A DNA stretch of 64,000 nt from an uncultured Actinomycetota bacterium (GTDB lineage Bacteria > Actinomycetota > Actinomycetes > JAFAQI01), in NCBI GenBank assembly GCA_963770565.1, contig CAVYQE010000002.1, positions 830,949-894,948 on the forward strand, read 5' to 3'. Below the pieces are notes generated by a model that searched no databases, was not told the origin of the DNA, and saw only the letters and a program-made list of their open reading frames with translations. Numbering within the stretch: position 1 is the stretch's first letter; the number at the start of each line of letters is the position of its first letter. This document shows positions 28,457 through 37,351 of this stretch, piece after piece. The position numbers and the translations under genes were made by a program.

Positions 28457-30532
28457 GTGACAGCACCGGCAGAGTCGTTCCCGCGGCAGCGTGCCCGCAC
28501 CCAGCGGTTCACCCTCGGCGAGCCGCGCACGGTCTCGATCTGCGCGGACGGCCGCCGGATCCTGTTCTTGCGGGCGGCGGCCGGCGACGATGCCCGGACC
28601 GGCCTGTGGGTGCTCGACCTGCCGGACGGGGACGAGCGCGCGGTCGTGGATCCGGCTGCCGACGACAACCTGCCGGCGGCCGAGCGGATGCGTCGTGAGC
28701 GGGTCCGGGAGGGTGCCTCGGGCGTCGTGTCGTACGCCTGTGACGACGCCGGGCGGGTGGGGGCGTACGCCCTCGGCGGCCGATTGCACGTAGTCGACGT
28801 CGATACCGGCGAGGTGCGGGCGCTCGGCGACGCGCAGTCGTGCTTCGACCCGCGGCCGGACCCGACCGGGCGGCGGGTGGCGTACGTCGATGGCGGCGAC
28901 CTTCGTCTGGTCGGCGTCGACGGCGCCGATGACCGGGTGCTCGTCGGCGAGCCGGCCGAGGCCGTGTCGTGGGGGCGGGCCGAGTTCGTCGCGGCCGAGG
29001 AGATGAACCGCTTCCGGGGGTTCTGGTGGTCCCCCGACGGCGACGCACTGCTCGTCGCCCGGGTGGACGAGGCTCCGGTTCAGCAGTGGTGGATCGCCGA
29101 CCCGGCGCACCCGGACCGGCCGCCAACCCCGGTCCGCTATCCGGCGGCCGGGACACCCAACGCCGACGTCACGCTCTGGCTGGTCGGCGTTGACGGAGCC
29201 CGTCGCGAGGTCGAGTGGGACCGCGAGCGCTTCCCCTACCTGTGCCAGGTCGGCTGGCGCGAGGCCGGCCCGCCGCTGGTGACCGTCGCGACCCGCGACC
29301 AGCACGCGATCGCGATGCTTCGCGTCGACCCGGCTGCGGCGACCACTGCGGTCTTGTGCGAAGACACCGACGAGTGCTGGGTCGATCTGCAATCCGGTGT
29401 GCCCATCTGGCTCGGCGATCAGCTGGTCCGGATCTCGGTCGCGGACGGTGGCTATCGGCTCTTTGTCGGCGACCGGGCGGTCACGGCGCCCGAGCTCTAT
29501 GTCCGATCCGTGGTCGGCGTCACCGACGACGCGGTCGTGCTGACCGCGTCCGCCGGCGAACCGACCGAGGTCGGGGTCTATCGCTGGAGCGAAGCCGGCC
29601 TCGAATGCCTGACCCCGGAGCCCGGCGTCCATCGGGCCGTGGTCGGTGGCGGTACAACGGTGATCAGCTCGGCCACGATGGGCACCGACGGCAGTTGCGC
29701 GGTGGTGCACGCCGAGGGATCGACCCGGCGGCTTGCGTCGTACGCCGTGGTGTCGTCGTTGCAGCCGGCGGTGCGGATGCTGAAGCTCGGGGCGCGCGGG
29801 CTGTCCGCGGGTCTGCTGCTGCCACGCGACCACCGGCCGGGCACGCCGTTGCCGGTCGTGCTCGATCCGTATGGCGGCCCGCATGCGCAGCGAGTGCTGG
29901 CGGCCAAGAGCGCCTGGCTGGAGCCGCAGTGGCTCGCCGATCAGGGGTTCGCGGTGCTGGTCGTGGACGGCCGGGGCACGCCGGGACGGGACCCGGCATG
30001 GGAGCGGGAGATCCACCTCGATTTCGCCGGACCGGTGCTCGACGACCAGGTCGATGCGCTGCATGCCGCGGCCGAGATCGAGCCGGACCTCGACCTGCGG
30101 CGGGTCGGGATCCGCGGCTGGTCATTCGGCGGTTGGTTGACGGCGCTGGCGGTGCTGCGACGGCCCGACGTGTTCGCGGTCGGAGTCGCGGGCGCTCCGG
30201 TCACCGACTGGGCGCTCTACGACACCTTCTACACCGAGCGCTACCTCGGGCTGCCCGCGGAGCAACCGGAGGCGTACCGGCAGTGCTCGTTGCTCGACGA
30301 TGCGCCGTCGCTGTCGCGGCCGCTGATGGTGATCCACGGACTGGCGGACGACAACGTGGTCGCCGCGCACACCCTGCGCTTCTCGCAGCGGCTGACCGAG
30401 GCCGGCCGGCCGCACACCGTCCTGCCGCTGACCGGGGTCACCCACATGACGCCGCAGGAAGCGGTGGCGGAGAACCTGCTGCTGCTCCAGGTCGAGTTCC
30501 TGCGCCGGCACCTCGTCGACGTCGACACGTAG
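28457..30532 (+). CDS. S9 family peptidase (dipeptidyl peptidase IV-like)
   Basis: AEFVAAEEM, PYGGPHAQ, nucleophile GWSFGG, IHGLADDNV, GVTH; TAACCT 7 nt before GTG suggests a leaderless mRNA. Confidence 0.93.
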   Translation: MTAPAESFPRQRARTQRFTLGEPRTVSICADGRRILFLRAAAGDDARTGLWVLDLPDGDERAVVDPAADDNLPAAERMRRERVREGASGVVSYACDDAGRVGAYALGGRLHVVDVDTGEVRALGDAQSCFDPRPDPTGRRVAYVDGGDLRLVGVDGADDRVLVGEPAEAVSWGRAEFVAAEEMNRFRGFWWSPDGDALLVARVDEAPVQQWWIADPAHPDRPPTPVRYPAAGTPNADVTLWLVGVDGARREVEWDRERFPYLCQVGWREAGPPLVTVATRDQHAIAMLRVDPAAATTAVLCEDTDECWVDLQSGVPIWLGDQLVRISVADGGYRLFVGDRAVTAPELYVRSVVGVTDDAVVLTASAGEPTEVGVYRWSEAGLECLTPEPGVHRAVVGGGTTVISSATMGTDGSCAVVHAEGSTRRLASYAVVSSLQPAVRMLKLGARGLSAGLLLPRDHRPGTPLPVVLDPYGGPHAQRVLAAKSAWLEPQWLADQGFAVLVVDGRGTPGRDPAWEREIHLDFAGPVLDDQVDALHAAAEIEPDLDLRRVGIRGWSFGGWLTALAVLRRPDVFAVGVAGAPVTDWALYDTFYTERYLGLPAEQPEAYRQCSLLDDAPSLSRPLMVIHGLADDNVVAAHTLRFSQRLTEAGRPHTVLPLTGVTHMTPQEAVAENLLLLQVEFLRRHLVDVDT

Positions 30533-30667
30533 CCGCTGCTGCCGATCTTCGCCCTCGTCGCCGATTCTTGCTCTACGCCGTAGGACCGGTCGTAAGCGCG
30601 CAGGTCCAGGAGTGCTTCGTTCGTGAACAGGTCATGGGGGTCGAGTTGCTGTGAAATCATCCGTTCC

Positions 30668-32650
30668 ATGAGGCGGGGTGGGTTTCTGGCGGTGCTCGCA
30701 CTTGGGGTCGCGTTGTTGATCGGGATGCCAACGGCGGTCGCGACGAGTAACGCGTTCACGCCGAAGGCGGCACCGTCGCTGAACGGCAATGGCAGCGGCT
30801 TGCAGCTGAACGCGGTCGACTGCTCCTCGCCCGGGAACTGCGTCGCCGTCGGGACCGATTCGGGCTCCGGTGCGATCGACGTGGAGTCTGACGGCAAGTG
30901 GACGGCGGTGCCCTTGAGCGCGCGTACCGGGGCCGAGTCGACCGACCTCATGTCGGTGTCTTGTCCCGCGGCCGGGGCGTGCGTGGCGGTGGGGACGTCG
31001 GGCAGTCAGGGAGTGATCGAGACCCAGAAGGGCCACACCTGGAGCGGAACCATGGTGACCGGCCCCGAGGGATTCTTCGCGTCGTACGAGGGCTCCTTTG
31101 CGTCTGTGTCATGTCCGGCGGTGGGGTCGTGCGCAGCCGTGGGGCAAGCGATCATCAACAACACGCACACCGGCTTGTTGGACACCGATGGCCTGATCGC
31201 GGACCTCATCCCCTCCGGCAAGGCGAGCGCCTGGTCGGCGCGGAAGGCCCCGGAGAACTACCGCGACGCGACCGAGGGCGCCACGCTGGCCGGCGTCTCG
31301 TGCTCGGCTCCGGGCGAGTGCCGAGCCGTCGGCTACGCGCTGGACGACACGTCGAACAAGACCAAGTACGCGCTGGTCGACGACGAGAAGCACTACGCCT
31401 GGGCTCATGGTGCCGCGGCCGTTCCGGCAGACGCGAGCGGCGGCCCGGCCGCTCTGGTGTCAATCTCCTGCATCGGAGACACGTTCATCTGCATGGCCGG
31501 CGGCAGCTACTCCGCGAAGAACCAGGGATCGGCGCCGATGATCCAGACCATCGACGCGGTCGACCACGCCCAGGTCACCGCTGGACTGGTGCCGATCGAG
31601 GACACCTCAGCCGAGCTGCTCGCGACCTCGTGCGCGACCGACGGGACCTGCGAGTCGGTGGGTGACGCTTACGACAGCCCGGGCGATCCGACCTACGGAT
31701 ACGGCTGGGATGGCTACATCGTCAGCCACACCTACGGGGCACCCGCCGGCAAGAGCGCGGGGGTCGTCGCGTCGAACACCCGCAGCCCGGGCGACGCCAA
31801 CACCATCCAGCACAACGAGGTGCTGACCGCCGCGTCGTGCGTGGTGGGTGGAGTCTGCATCGCGGTCGGGCACTACGTGGACAACTACAACAACAACACT
31901 GGCCGCGAGGCGGGTGTCATCGACACCCGCACCTACGACAGCGACGGCAACATCACCCACGAGACCGACGTCAGGGCCCCTGAGCCTGCGAACGACCCCT
32001 CGACCGATGACCAGGCGCCGCTGAACGGCGTGAGCTGCAACACCTCCACCCACTGCGTGGCGGTGGGCAGTTACCTCAACGACTCGAATCCGCGCGGCGT
32101 GATCGAGTCGTTGGGCGGGGCGACCAAACCGCCGCCGACCATCACCCACATCAGCCCCGCCCACGGCCGCCCGGCGGGCGGCACGAAGGTGACGATCAGC
32201 GGCCTACAACTGACGCACGTCACCGCGGTGAAGTTCGGCAACAAGTCCGGCACCGGACTCCATGTGGTCAGCTCCACCCAGCTCACGGTCAAAGCGCCCG
32301 CCCATGCGGCCGGCGTCGTCGACGTGCGGGTCCTGATCGGCGGTGGGGTCAGCAGTGCGATCACGCCCACTGATCACTACACCTATGTCGCGCCGCCGGT
32401 AGTCACGAACATCAGCCCAGCGAAAGGCACCCGGCACGGTGGCACCAAGGTGACCATCACCGGCCACCACCTCTCCGGTGCCACCAAGGTGAAGTTCGGC
32501 GCTGTGGCCGGCACCCAGGTGAAGGTTCAGTCGGCCGGCACCATCGTCGTCACCGCACCACCGCACTCCGCGGGCGAGGTGGACGTGCGCGTCGTCACCA
32601 AGGGGGGCACCAGCAGGACCAGTAAGAACGACACGTTCCGCTTCACCTGA
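30668..32650 (+). CDS. Secreted protein with 8 Cys-pair repeats and two C-terminal IPT/TIG domains
   Basis: Signal peptide; eight L-x2-VSC-x5-C-x-AVG repeats; two P-x-I/V-T-x-ISP-x2-G...GGTKVTI-x-G...VKFG IPT-like domains. Confidence 0.85.
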   Translation: MRRGGFLAVLALGVALLIGMPTAVATSNAFTPKAAPSLNGNGSGLQLNAVDCSSPGNCVAVGTDSGSGAIDVESDGKWTAVPLSARTGAESTDLMSVSCPAAGACVAVGTSGSQGVIETQKGHTWSGTMVTGPEGFFASYEGSFASVSCPAVGSCAAVGQAIINNTHTGLLDTDGLIADLIPSGKASAWSARKAPENYRDATEGATLAGVSCSAPGECRAVGYALDDTSNKTKYALVDDEKHYAWAHGAAAVPADASGGPAALVSISCIGDTFICMAGGSYSAKNQGSAPMIQTIDAVDHAQVTAGLVPIEDTSAELLATSCATDGTCESVGDAYDSPGDPTYGYGWDGYIVSHTYGAPAGKSAGVVASNTRSPGDANTIQHNEVLTAASCVVGGVCIAVGHYVDNYNNNTGREAGVIDTRTYDSDGNITHETDVRAPEPANDPSTDDQAPLNGVSCNTSTHCVAVGSYLNDSNPRGVIESLGGATKPPPTITHISPAHGRPAGGTKVTISGLQLTHVTAVKFGNKSGTGLHVVSSTQLTVKAPAHAAGVVDVRVLIGGGVSSAITPTDHYTYVAPPVVTNISPAKGTRHGGTKVTITGHHLSGATKVKFGAVAGTQVKVQSAGTIVVTAPPHSAGEVDVRVVTKGGTSRTSKNDTFRFT

Positions 32651-32674
32651 TGCTCTGCCCACGCCGGCTCGGAA

Positions 32675-32761
32675 GCGATTAGCCCGGCGCCGTACCCGCC
32701 TGTCTTCGCCGCCCCTGCGGCCGCGCGCTCCCGCGCGAAGTCGAGCGACTCGGCCCAGGTC
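32675..32761 (-). repeat. Duplicated 3' end of the ferredoxin reductase gene (direct repeat of 35863-35948)
   Basis: 87 vs 86 bp, differing by one inserted C and one substitution; encodes TWAE(S/A)LDFARERAAAGAAKT. Confidence 0.92.
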
Positions 32762-32809
32762 CCGCCGAGGTCTACGCCGACCACTTCCACTACACCTGAC
32801 CCAGGTCGC

Positions 32810-33837
32810 TCAGATGATTCGGCGGGCGAGCACTGGGCGGCGCATCGGGGCGACCCGGACATTGCTACCGCTGCCAGGCGATTCGATCATTCGGTCGGGT
32901 CCGATGTAGATCGCCACATGGGTGATCGCTCCGTTTGAGCCGAACAAGAGCAGGTCCGCTGGCCGAAGGTGTGACAGCGCGGCGGCTCTGCCCGCAGTTG
33001 CTTGGTCCTGGGAGTCCCGCGGGATCGTCACTCCGTGCAGTGCGTATGCGAGCTCGGTCAGGCCGCTGCAGTCGACTGCAAAGCCTGATCGGCCGCCCCA
33101 CAGATAGGGGCGTCCGAGGAACTGTCGTGCACTGTCCACGATGCCCTGCGGGTGGGAGGCAGCGCTGCTGTCGACGGATCGTGAACAACGACGGTCTTGG
33201 AGCGGAGGTAGCGGCGCTGGCCGGTGGGCGTCACCACCTTGACCGTCGACCCGACGATGCCCACCACGGGCAGTTGCGTGCCGATGCTGAGTTGGATCAC
33301 TCGGCCACCGTCTGCAGTACGCAACCAGCTAGTCGGTCGGATCACGGTGGCGATCGTCGGCCTTGCTACCGGGTGGTGGGTGGTGACCTGCCGCGCCGGG
33401 ACCCAACCGGGATACCCCCTGCTGTTGCGTCGGGTTGGCTGTGCGGCTGCGACCACGTGCAGCCAGCCGCGCCTGATTCCCGTGACCCGCAGCCGGTCGC
33501 CGTACAGTGCCTGCGTTTGCACCCGCCCGACCAGGTCGCGACGTAGCGGCGTCGACATCGACCGGAGCCACCTCGGGATGTCGACCGGGTTGGTTGTCGC
33601 GGGTGCGTCAATCGGCCGAGGTGCGCTCCGCGACGTCCACAGCGTGGCAACGGCGACGTCCACCCACACGCTGCTGCCGACGCGCACAGTGGCCGGCCCG
33701 GCGACTCGGGCTGCACGGTGGTTGTCGGCTTGTCCGGACGGCCCGCAGGCCGTAGCGGCCATCACGAGCAGGGAGAGCAGGTAACCCGCACGCAACCGGC
33801 GGGATCTCACCCGGTCGCTTCGGGGCCAGCTCGTCAC
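32810..33837 (-). pseudogene. Secreted/lipoprotein NlpC/P60 peptidoglycan endopeptidase (YkfC-like), split by a frameshift near 33145
   Basis: N-part ORF 33058..33837 (ATAC lipobox-like, TQALYGDRL, GYPGWVP) and C-part ORF 32810..33139 (FLGRPYLWGG, DCSG, IPRDSQDQ, HVAIY) lie in different frames. Confidence 0.8.
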
Positions 33838-33971
33838 ATTGTCATCGTGTGCCTGGTACGGAGCACTGTTCCAGAGGACTTGGTCCCGCTGTATCGCACC
33901 CGGTCGCCAACTCGCCCCTGCAGGTCATGAGTCCGACGAGCCCGACGTACGAGCCGAACGCGGGTGCAGCC

Positions 33972-35675
33972 CTAGTCCGCTGTGACCGTGAGCACGAGTC
34001 GGGGCGACGCGTAGCGCACGCGGTGCGCCGTCGCCGGCTTAACAATGCGGTAGGTATGCATGCCGACGCCCGAGGTAGGCAGGCGGAAGTTGAAAAGCAG
34101 GTTCCCTGCCGTCGTCGTGTGGCGCTGGATCGTGCGCCAACCCTTGCGTGTGTGCCGCTGGAGGTTGATGGGCTGGCCGGCGACGTTCGGCTGCACCGTC
34201 CCGTACACCCTGGCATGCCCGCCCTGGCGAACGGTGCCTTCGGCGGGAACGAGGTTCACGTACACCTGCGGACGCACGTGCACGGTGACGACCGGGCTCT
34301 TGCTGGAGAGGTGGAACGGGGCGGCGAACCGGACCTGGTAGTCGACGTTCCAGTGTGGCCGCTGGAGGAAGGTGAAGTCACCCGTAGGACCGGTCTCGGT
34401 CGTCGCGACGCTCGTCCAGGTCCCGCCCTCGTGCCGGCGCTGGAACAGTTCGACGGTCCGGTCGGGGAGTCCGGTCTTGGACGGGTCGGTGAGTGTGCCG
34501 CTCAGCGCGTCCGCGCGGTCCCAGGTCACGGTGGTCCCGCGCACGTGCACCGTCAGCGCGGTCGCGACGATCGCCGCTGCAACCCCGACGGCCGGCTCGG
34601 TGCCGGGCACGAGAGTGGTCGCGAGCCCTCCGGCGACGGGAACGCGTTGGACCACGGCCGGAGCCGGGTCCTCCCCGCTGAGCGCGGCGAAGACGAGGTT
34701 CGCCGCATCAGAGGTCCAGGAGGCGGTGAGCGTGGCGTCGTCGCGTGCGGTGTCGCCGTAGATGTAGTAGTGCCTCGACCCGAGCAGCACGTGCGCGTTC
34801 GCACCGTCGCTGCCCACGACTCCGAGGCACTCGGCGAACTCCGGTGGCGAAACCGGGCCGCACTGGCTCGTGGTCGGTGGGTAGGGCCAGCTCTCGGCAT
34901 CGAAAGCGATCATTGAGCCGTCCGGAGACCACACTGGCCGCCGGCCCTCGGCAAGCAGGCTCGAGGCGCCGCCCGCCGGGTCGACGACACGGACCTCCCC
35001 GGCCCGTGTGTAGGCGATCAGGTCGCCGCCCGGCGACCAGCTCGGCTCGCTCCCAGCGGCGATCGCCGTCGCGTTCGACCCGTCCGTACCGGCCACGGTC
35101 ACGTAGTCGGTGCCGTCCTCCGCGTCGCGCCGAGTGAACGTCAGTTGGCCGCCGTCCGGTGAGTATGAGGGATGCGCCCCGAGCCCGAGGTCGGTCGGCG
35201 TGCCCCCGGTGCTCGGTGCAGTGAACAGGTGCGACGGTCCGGACCAGGCACCGGAGAACGCGACCGTGGAACTGTCCGGCGACCAGGTCGCAGAGAGGTC
35301 GCGCGCGAACGTGATCGGAGCGAGCCGGTGGGGGTCGGTGCCGTCGACGTTGACGACGAAGGGCTCGAGCCCACCGGCAGGATCGTCCACGTGCCGGCTG
35401 ACGAGCAGATGCCGACCGTCGGGTGAGAGCACCGGCGTCCTGTAGTCGACCCCGGGCTGCTCGGGCAGCACCGTGGTGACGCCCTGAGTCACCAGGTCGT
35501 AGCGATCGATGCCGCCTCCGGGGTGTCCGTTGACGGCGGCGGTGTAGTAGATGACCGGGTCACCCCCGGTCGAGGTCGCCTCGGCGGTGACAGCGCCGAC
35601 CAACCCCGTGAACGCGAGACCTCCGGCTGCTACAACCGCGATCATGCGCAGCCTGGCCCTCGTCACTGCAATCAC
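33972..35675 (-). CDS. Secreted TolB/PD40 beta-propeller protein with C-terminal Ig-like domains
   Basis: Signal peptide; repeated P-x-WSPDG/LSPDG/YSPDG motifs; basic C-terminal beta-rich domains. Confidence 0.82.
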   Translation of the reverse strand: MIAVTRARLRMIAVVAAGGLAFTGLVGAVTAEATSTGGDPVIYYTAAVNGHPGGGIDRYDLVTQGVTTVLPEQPGVDYRTPVLSPDGRHLLVSRHVDDPAGGLEPFVVNVDGTDPHRLAPITFARDLSATWSPDSSTVAFSGAWSGPSHLFTAPSTGGTPTDLGLGAHPSYSPDGGQLTFTRRDAEDGTDYVTVAGTDGSNATAIAAGSEPSWSPGGDLIAYTRAGEVRVVDPAGGASSLLAEGRRPVWSPDGSMIAFDAESWPYPPTTSQCGPVSPPEFAECLGVVGSDGANAHVLLGSRHYYIYGDTARDDATLTASWTSDAANLVFAALSGEDPAPAVVQRVPVAGGLATTLVPGTEPAVGVAAAIVATALTVHVRGTTVTWDRADALSGTLTDPSKTGLPDRTVELFQRRHEGGTWTSVATTETGPTGDFTFLQRPHWNVDYQVRFAAPFHLSSKSPVVTVHVRPQVYVNLVPAEGTVRQGGHARVYGTVQPNVAGQPINLQRHTRKGWRTIQRHTTTAGNLLFNFRLPTSGVGMHTYRIVKPATAHRVRYASPRLVLTVTAD

Positions 35676-35825
35676 CCATTCCGCCTCACCTCAGCGTCGA
35701 TGGACAGCCCGCAACCTGCCAGAGGCGGAAGTCCCGTAGCAGGGCTCTCGATTGGTTCAGGATCTGGCTTACGTCTGCGGTCAGAAACTGTGAGGCACGA
35801 CCAGAAGCACGGCGGGCCACGCGGG

Positions 35826-35850
35826 GGCAGCGCTCCGACCGCGCTGCCTT
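35826..35850. terminator. GC hairpin downstream of the ferredoxin reductase stop
   Basis: GGCAGCGC-TCCGACC-GCGCTGCC; no clear U tract on the minus strand. Confidence 0.35.
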
Positions 35851-35866
35851 CTACTTCACCAGGCGA

Positions 35867-37120
35867 TTAGCCCGGCGCCGTACCCGCTGTCTTCGCCGCC
35901 CCTGCGGCCGCGCGCTCCCGCGCGAAGTCGAGCGCCTCGGCCCAGGTCGCGCCCTTGCCGATCATCAAGCGGTACTTCATGATCTGCCCGCGTTGCTCGA
36001 GGCCGAGTGCCCCGATCAGCCGGTCGCCCGCGCGGTAAAGGGTGAGGAAGGTGTCGCCATCAACGTCTCCGGCGACGACCTGCACCTCTTCGACTCCGGC
36101 GGCGATGCCGACGAACTGGATCCGGCGGCTGTACCAGTCCGACCAGAAGTACGGCACGGTCGAGTACGCCGTCGCGCCCGCCGGGTCGATCGCGTGCCGG
36201 CCGGCGACCCCGCCCTGCTCGGCCGCGATCGTCCAGTGCTCGAGCCGCATCCGGGTGTCGAAGACCGGGTTGAGCCAGCTCGCGAGGTCGCCAGCCGCGT
36301 AGACGCCGAGGGCGCTGGTCTGGAGGGTCTGGTCGCATTCGATGCCGTTGTCCAGCCGCAGTCCTGAGTCGGACAGCCAGTCGATGGTGGGGGCAACGCC
36401 GACGCCGACCACGACGAGGTCCGCCTCGATCCGGGTGCCGTCGGCCAACCGGACCGCCTCGACTGAGTCGACCCCCTCGATGGCCTCGACGCCGACCCCG
36501 CACCGCAGGGTCGTGCCGTGGCGCTCGTGCAGACCGGCCAGTACGACGCCCATCTGCTCGCCGACCGGTCGGGCCAGCGGGGTCGGCAGCGCCTCGACGA
36601 CGGTGACGGTCGAGCCGCGCTGGCGCGCAGACGAGGCGATCTCCGAGCCGATGAAGCCGGCGCCGACGACGACCGTGCGGGCGCCGGCGTCGAGTGCGGC
36701 CCGGATCCGGCGGGCGTCGTCGAGGGTGCGCAGGGTGTGCACGCCGGCCAGGTGGTCCGAGCCCGGCAGGGTGCGCGGGGTCGCGCCGGTCGCCAGTACG
36801 AGGCCGGTGTAGGAGATCGGCTCCGAGCCGACCCAGACGACCCGGTCCGCGGTGTCGAGAGCGGAGGCCGGGGCGCCGAGCCGCAGGTCGATGTGGAGCT
36901 CGTCGCGTAGTACGGCCGGGTCGCGAAGCGTCGGCGCCGGTAGCGCCTCGACCGAGGTCAGGAACTCCTTCGACAGCGGCGGCCGGTCGTACGGCAGGTG
37001 TTCCTCAGCGCCGACCAGGGTGATCGCTCCGGCGAAGCCGGCCCGCCGGGCCGACTCGACCGCGCGGAGACCGGCGAGTGAGGCTCCGACGACGACGAGA
37101 TGCGGCTCGCCCTCGGCCAC
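35867..37120 (-). CDS. NAD(P)H:ferredoxin reductase (FAD-dependent)
   Basis: VVVGASLAG, PYDRPPLSK, LATGA, VGAGFIGSE, YAAGD, RLEHW, VPYFWSD. Confidence 0.93.
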   Translation of the reverse strand: MAEGEPHLVVVGASLAGLRAVESARRAGFAGAITLVGAEEHLPYDRPPLSKEFLTSVEALPAPTLRDPAVLRDELHIDLRLGAPASALDTADRVVWVGSEPISYTGLVLATGATPRTLPGSDHLAGVHTLRTLDDARRIRAALDAGARTVVVGAGFIGSEIASSARQRGSTVTVVEALPTPLARPVGEQMGVVLAGLHERHGTTLRCGVGVEAIEGVDSVEAVRLADGTRIEADLVVVGVGVAPTIDWLSDSGLRLDNGIECDQTLQTSALGVYAAGDLASWLNPVFDTRMRLEHWTIAAEQGGVAGRHAIDPAGATAYSTVPYFWSDWYSRRIQFVGIAAGVEEVQVVAGDVDGDTFLTLYRAGDRLIGALGLEQRGQIMKYRLMIGKGATWAEALDFARERAAAGAAKTAGTAPG

Positions 37121-37121
37121 G

Positions 37122-37313
37122 TCAGCCCTCGAGGCGCAGGGCTTGGGTGGGGCACTCGGCGACAGCCGCCTCGAGATCGCCGCGCCAGTCCGGCTCGAAC
37201 TCCTCGGTCAGCAGGTGGACGATGCCGTCGTCGCCGACCTCGAACACCTCGGGCAGCAGCGACTCGCACACGCCGTGCCCGGTGCACCTGTCGGTGTCAA
37301 CGTGGATCTTCAT
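37122..37313 (-). CDS. 3Fe-4S ferredoxin (CxxHxxC...CP type)
   Basis: DRCTGHGVCESLLPEVF...AECPTQAL; RBS GAGGAG; adjacent to the reductase. Confidence 0.92.
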   Translation of the reverse strand: MKIHVDTDRCTGHGVCESLLPEVFEVGDDGIVHLLTEEFEPDWRGDLEAAVAECPTQALRLEG

Positions 37314-37351
37314 CTCACTCCTCGGGGCCGGTGCCGCTCACCGGGTGACGA

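Noticed and set aside
30530-30560. Third degenerate copy of the reductase 3'-end repeat (TAGCC...TCTTCGCC)
   Set aside because: Only two short matches with different spacing; expected by chance at this GC content.
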